Assembly: GCA_964344235.1 (NCBI GenBank)
Contig: CAYFMJ010000002.1
Location: forward strand, 13,320 to 77,319
Reading direction: 5' to 3'
Source of the DNA: an uncultured Methanosarcinales archaeon
GTDB lineage: Archaea; Nanobdellota; Nanobdellia; Woesearchaeales; GW2011-AR9
DNA: 64,000 nt
Both the position numbers and the translations under genes were made by a program. Positions 62,371 to 64,000 of the stretch are shown piece by piece (position 1 is the first letter of the stretch; each line of letters opens with the position of its first letter). Under the pieces are notes generated by a model. That model was not told the origin of the DNA, searched no databases, and saw only the letters and a list, made by a program, of their open reading frames with translations.

Positions 62371-64000
62371 TTAGCGCGTAATCACATAGATATTGAACAT
62401 ATCATTCTCTATTTGTGGGGCCGGAGGAATGTATTCTTCTGGTGTTACTGTAACGTGCCATTCTTTAACGATTGTATCTCTGCCATCGCTGACTGAGAGG
62501 CGAACTTTCTTCTTACCGGGTGTTGTAAATGTTCGTTCAACAGTGTCTGTGCCTTTTACCCTTCCTTCACGCGCACTGAAAGTCCACGTGTATTTGAGTG
62601 GATCGTTGTCGGGGTCTTTAGCAGTTGCATGGAAGATTGTTGGCTCATTTTGCTTTACCGTAATTTCTGTTTGGGGTAAATAATCGAGGATTGTTGGCGG
62701 CTGGTTAGTATTTTTAATCGTGACTTTTACAGGATAATTTACTGTTGTTGTTCCATCAGAGGCAACGAAACTTAACCAGACAACCGCTTTCTCTTTACTT
62801 AGTTTTCTGTTGAGATAGGATGAAGAACTAATGAAATTGTGCCAGGCGCTATCTGTTTTTCCAATAGCGCTATTGAATTGAGGTACCCATGTAAATGTGC
62901 CATCAACAAATGAAGCACCGGGTGGGATGTTCTCTAAGACAATGTTGAGGTTATCGTTATCTGGGTCGGTTGCAGTTACGTCTATTGAAAATTCTTGCCC
63001 TTCATTTACTGTGATTGTATCGTCTTTTATTTTTATTGAGGGCTCTCTATTTTTTTGGTGGACTGTTAATGTTATTGTTGAGCTGTCTGAAAATTCTCCA
63101 TCAGACGCTGTTACATTTACCTGATACACTCCTGCAGCCTCGTAGTGAGTTTCCCACTTGCCTGTTTTCTTGTGTACTGGATCTGAGAATGTATAACGGA
63201 TGAAATCACCATCGGGATCCACTGCAGTTGGTTGGATGGATACGGTTTCTGTTTCCGTTACGTTGATTGGGGATGTTGATTGCAGAATTGGTGGGCGATT
63301 AGTGTTGTGAACAATAACATTTACGGTGCCAACGGAGCATAATGATTTATCGCACACTTCAACGTGAAGTGGTACGGTTTTCTTTTTCAGTAAGAATTTT
63401 TCTAACCCAAATGCGCTGAGGAATGTTGTAAAAGCGTTGTCTTTTCGTTGAATTGTAGTGTAATCGGGTTTCCAAGTAAATGTTTTCTTTTTTTGGTTCA
63501 ATTTTGCGTTAAGTGGCGTGTTGGTGATAGAAATTTCAATGTCTTCTTCGTCTGGGTCGTAGGTTTCGATTATCCAGGAAAGTTCTTCGTTTTCATATGC
63601 ACTAAGTAAGGATGGTAAAATTAATGTTGGGGCTCTGTTCACGTTAAGTACAGTGATTGGAATAGTGATGGTGTCTGTAAACTCTCCATCAGATGCAGTT
63701 ACTATGACCGTGTACTCGCCTGCATCTTCGTAGTTGGTCTGCCATTCACCATCTTCGTTTAGCAGGTCTTTGTATGTATAGGTTAGCGCGTCTCCATCAA
63801 TGTCAGTTGCTGGAAGATTAAGTGTAACTTTCTCATTTTCGTGTACAATAATTGGAACATGGGAGACTTCTGGTTTGCGGTTTTCATTTTCAATTGTGAT
63901 TACCCATTCTCTAGTCTCAGTATTTATGCCATCACCTACGACAAGTTTCAATGTGTACTCCCCGGCACTACTGTGGTCAAAGTAATGAGCGCCACTTAGT
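62371..64000 (-). CDS. surface protein with tandem cadherin-like/Ig-like repeats and a terminal PKD-like domain (5' end outside the window)
   Basis: At least five repeats of about 95 aa, each with N(R/Q)xP...V.E.E......A.DPD.D.L.Y and Y..AG.Y.V.V.ASDG. The frame stays open upstream of the track's TTG start to the window edge. Confidence 0.7.
   Translation of the reverse strand, partial: LSGAHYFDHSSAGEYTLKLVVGDGINTETREWVITIENENRKPEVSHVPIIVHENEKVTLNLPATDIDGDALTYTYKDLLNEDGEWQTNYEDAGEYTVIVTASDGEFTDTITIPITVLNVNRAPTLILPSLLSAYENEELSWIIETYDPDEEDIEISITNTPLNAKLNQKKKTFTWKPDYTTIQRKDNAFTTFLSAFGLEKFLLKKKTVPLHVEVCDKSLCSVGTVNVIVHNTNRPPILQSTSPINVTETETVSIQPTAVDPDGDFIRYTFSDPVHKKTGKWETHYEAAGVYQVNVTASDGEFSDSSTITLTVHQKNREPSIKIKDDTITVNEGQEFSIDVTATDPDNDNLNIVLENIPPGASFVDGTFTWVPQFNSAIGKTDSAWHNFISSSSYLNRKLSKEKAVVWLSFVASDGTTTVNYPVKVTIKNTNQPPTILDYLPQTEITVKQNEPTIFHATAKDPDNDPLKYTWTFSAREGRVKGTDTVERTFTTPGKKKVRLSVSDGRDTIVKEWHVTVTPEEYIPPAPQIENDMFNIYVITR

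Noticed and set aside
1-64000. Searched for CRISPR arrays, rRNA genes, RNase P RNA and additional tRNAs.
   Set aside because: No regularly spaced short direct repeats and no rRNA-like conserved stretches were seen. Apart from 51141-51271, no intergenic segment gave an acceptor/T-arm pairing. RNase P CR-I (GAGGAAAGTCC) was not found on either strand by eye.

Overview
Archaeal chromosomal segment. The call rests on archaeal-type information-processing genes: the exosome superoperon (Pop5-PsmA-SBDS-Rrp4-Rrp41-Rrp42-RpoK), the L44e-S27e-aIF2alpha-Nop10 cluster, S15, RFC large subunit, Orc1/Cdc6, XPD, aCPSF1, proteasome beta, Val/Gly/Ser-tRNA synthetases and a split transketolase. TTTATATA-type boxes sit about 22 nt upstream of many ATGs. 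The compact gene packing and the many micro-ORFs suggest a small-genome, DPANN-like lineage; that is inference only. No rRNA genes and no CRISPR array were seen. The strongest signal is a 5,843-bp transposon (33025-38867). It has perfect 13-nt terminal inverted repeats and a perfect 9-nt target-site duplication, and it is inserted in the divergent promoter region upstream of serS. It carries an IS4/IS5-type DDE transposase plus a cargo operon: a BcgI-like Type IIB restriction-modification pair, a tightly coupled Cas4-like PD-(D/E)XK nuclease, and two small DNA-binding regulators. Other notable items: a candidate tRNA-Ser(UGA) with a class-II variable arm and two apparent introns; a GC-elevated orphan gene split exactly at a G-GGA-AAG -1 slippery heptamer; two large N-glycosylation-sequon-rich surface proteins that share a 391-bp identical block and a common C-terminal anchor signal; a stand-alone C-terminal half of a Hel308-type helicase; an orphan sensor-less histidine kinase; a lone endonuclease-type MutL; a 28/30-nt conserved promoter/initiator element upstream of two operons; and several Cys-rich or Lys-rich micro-ORFs missing from the ORF track. 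All coordinates and motifs were read by eye. Family assignments are motif recognition, not database searches.
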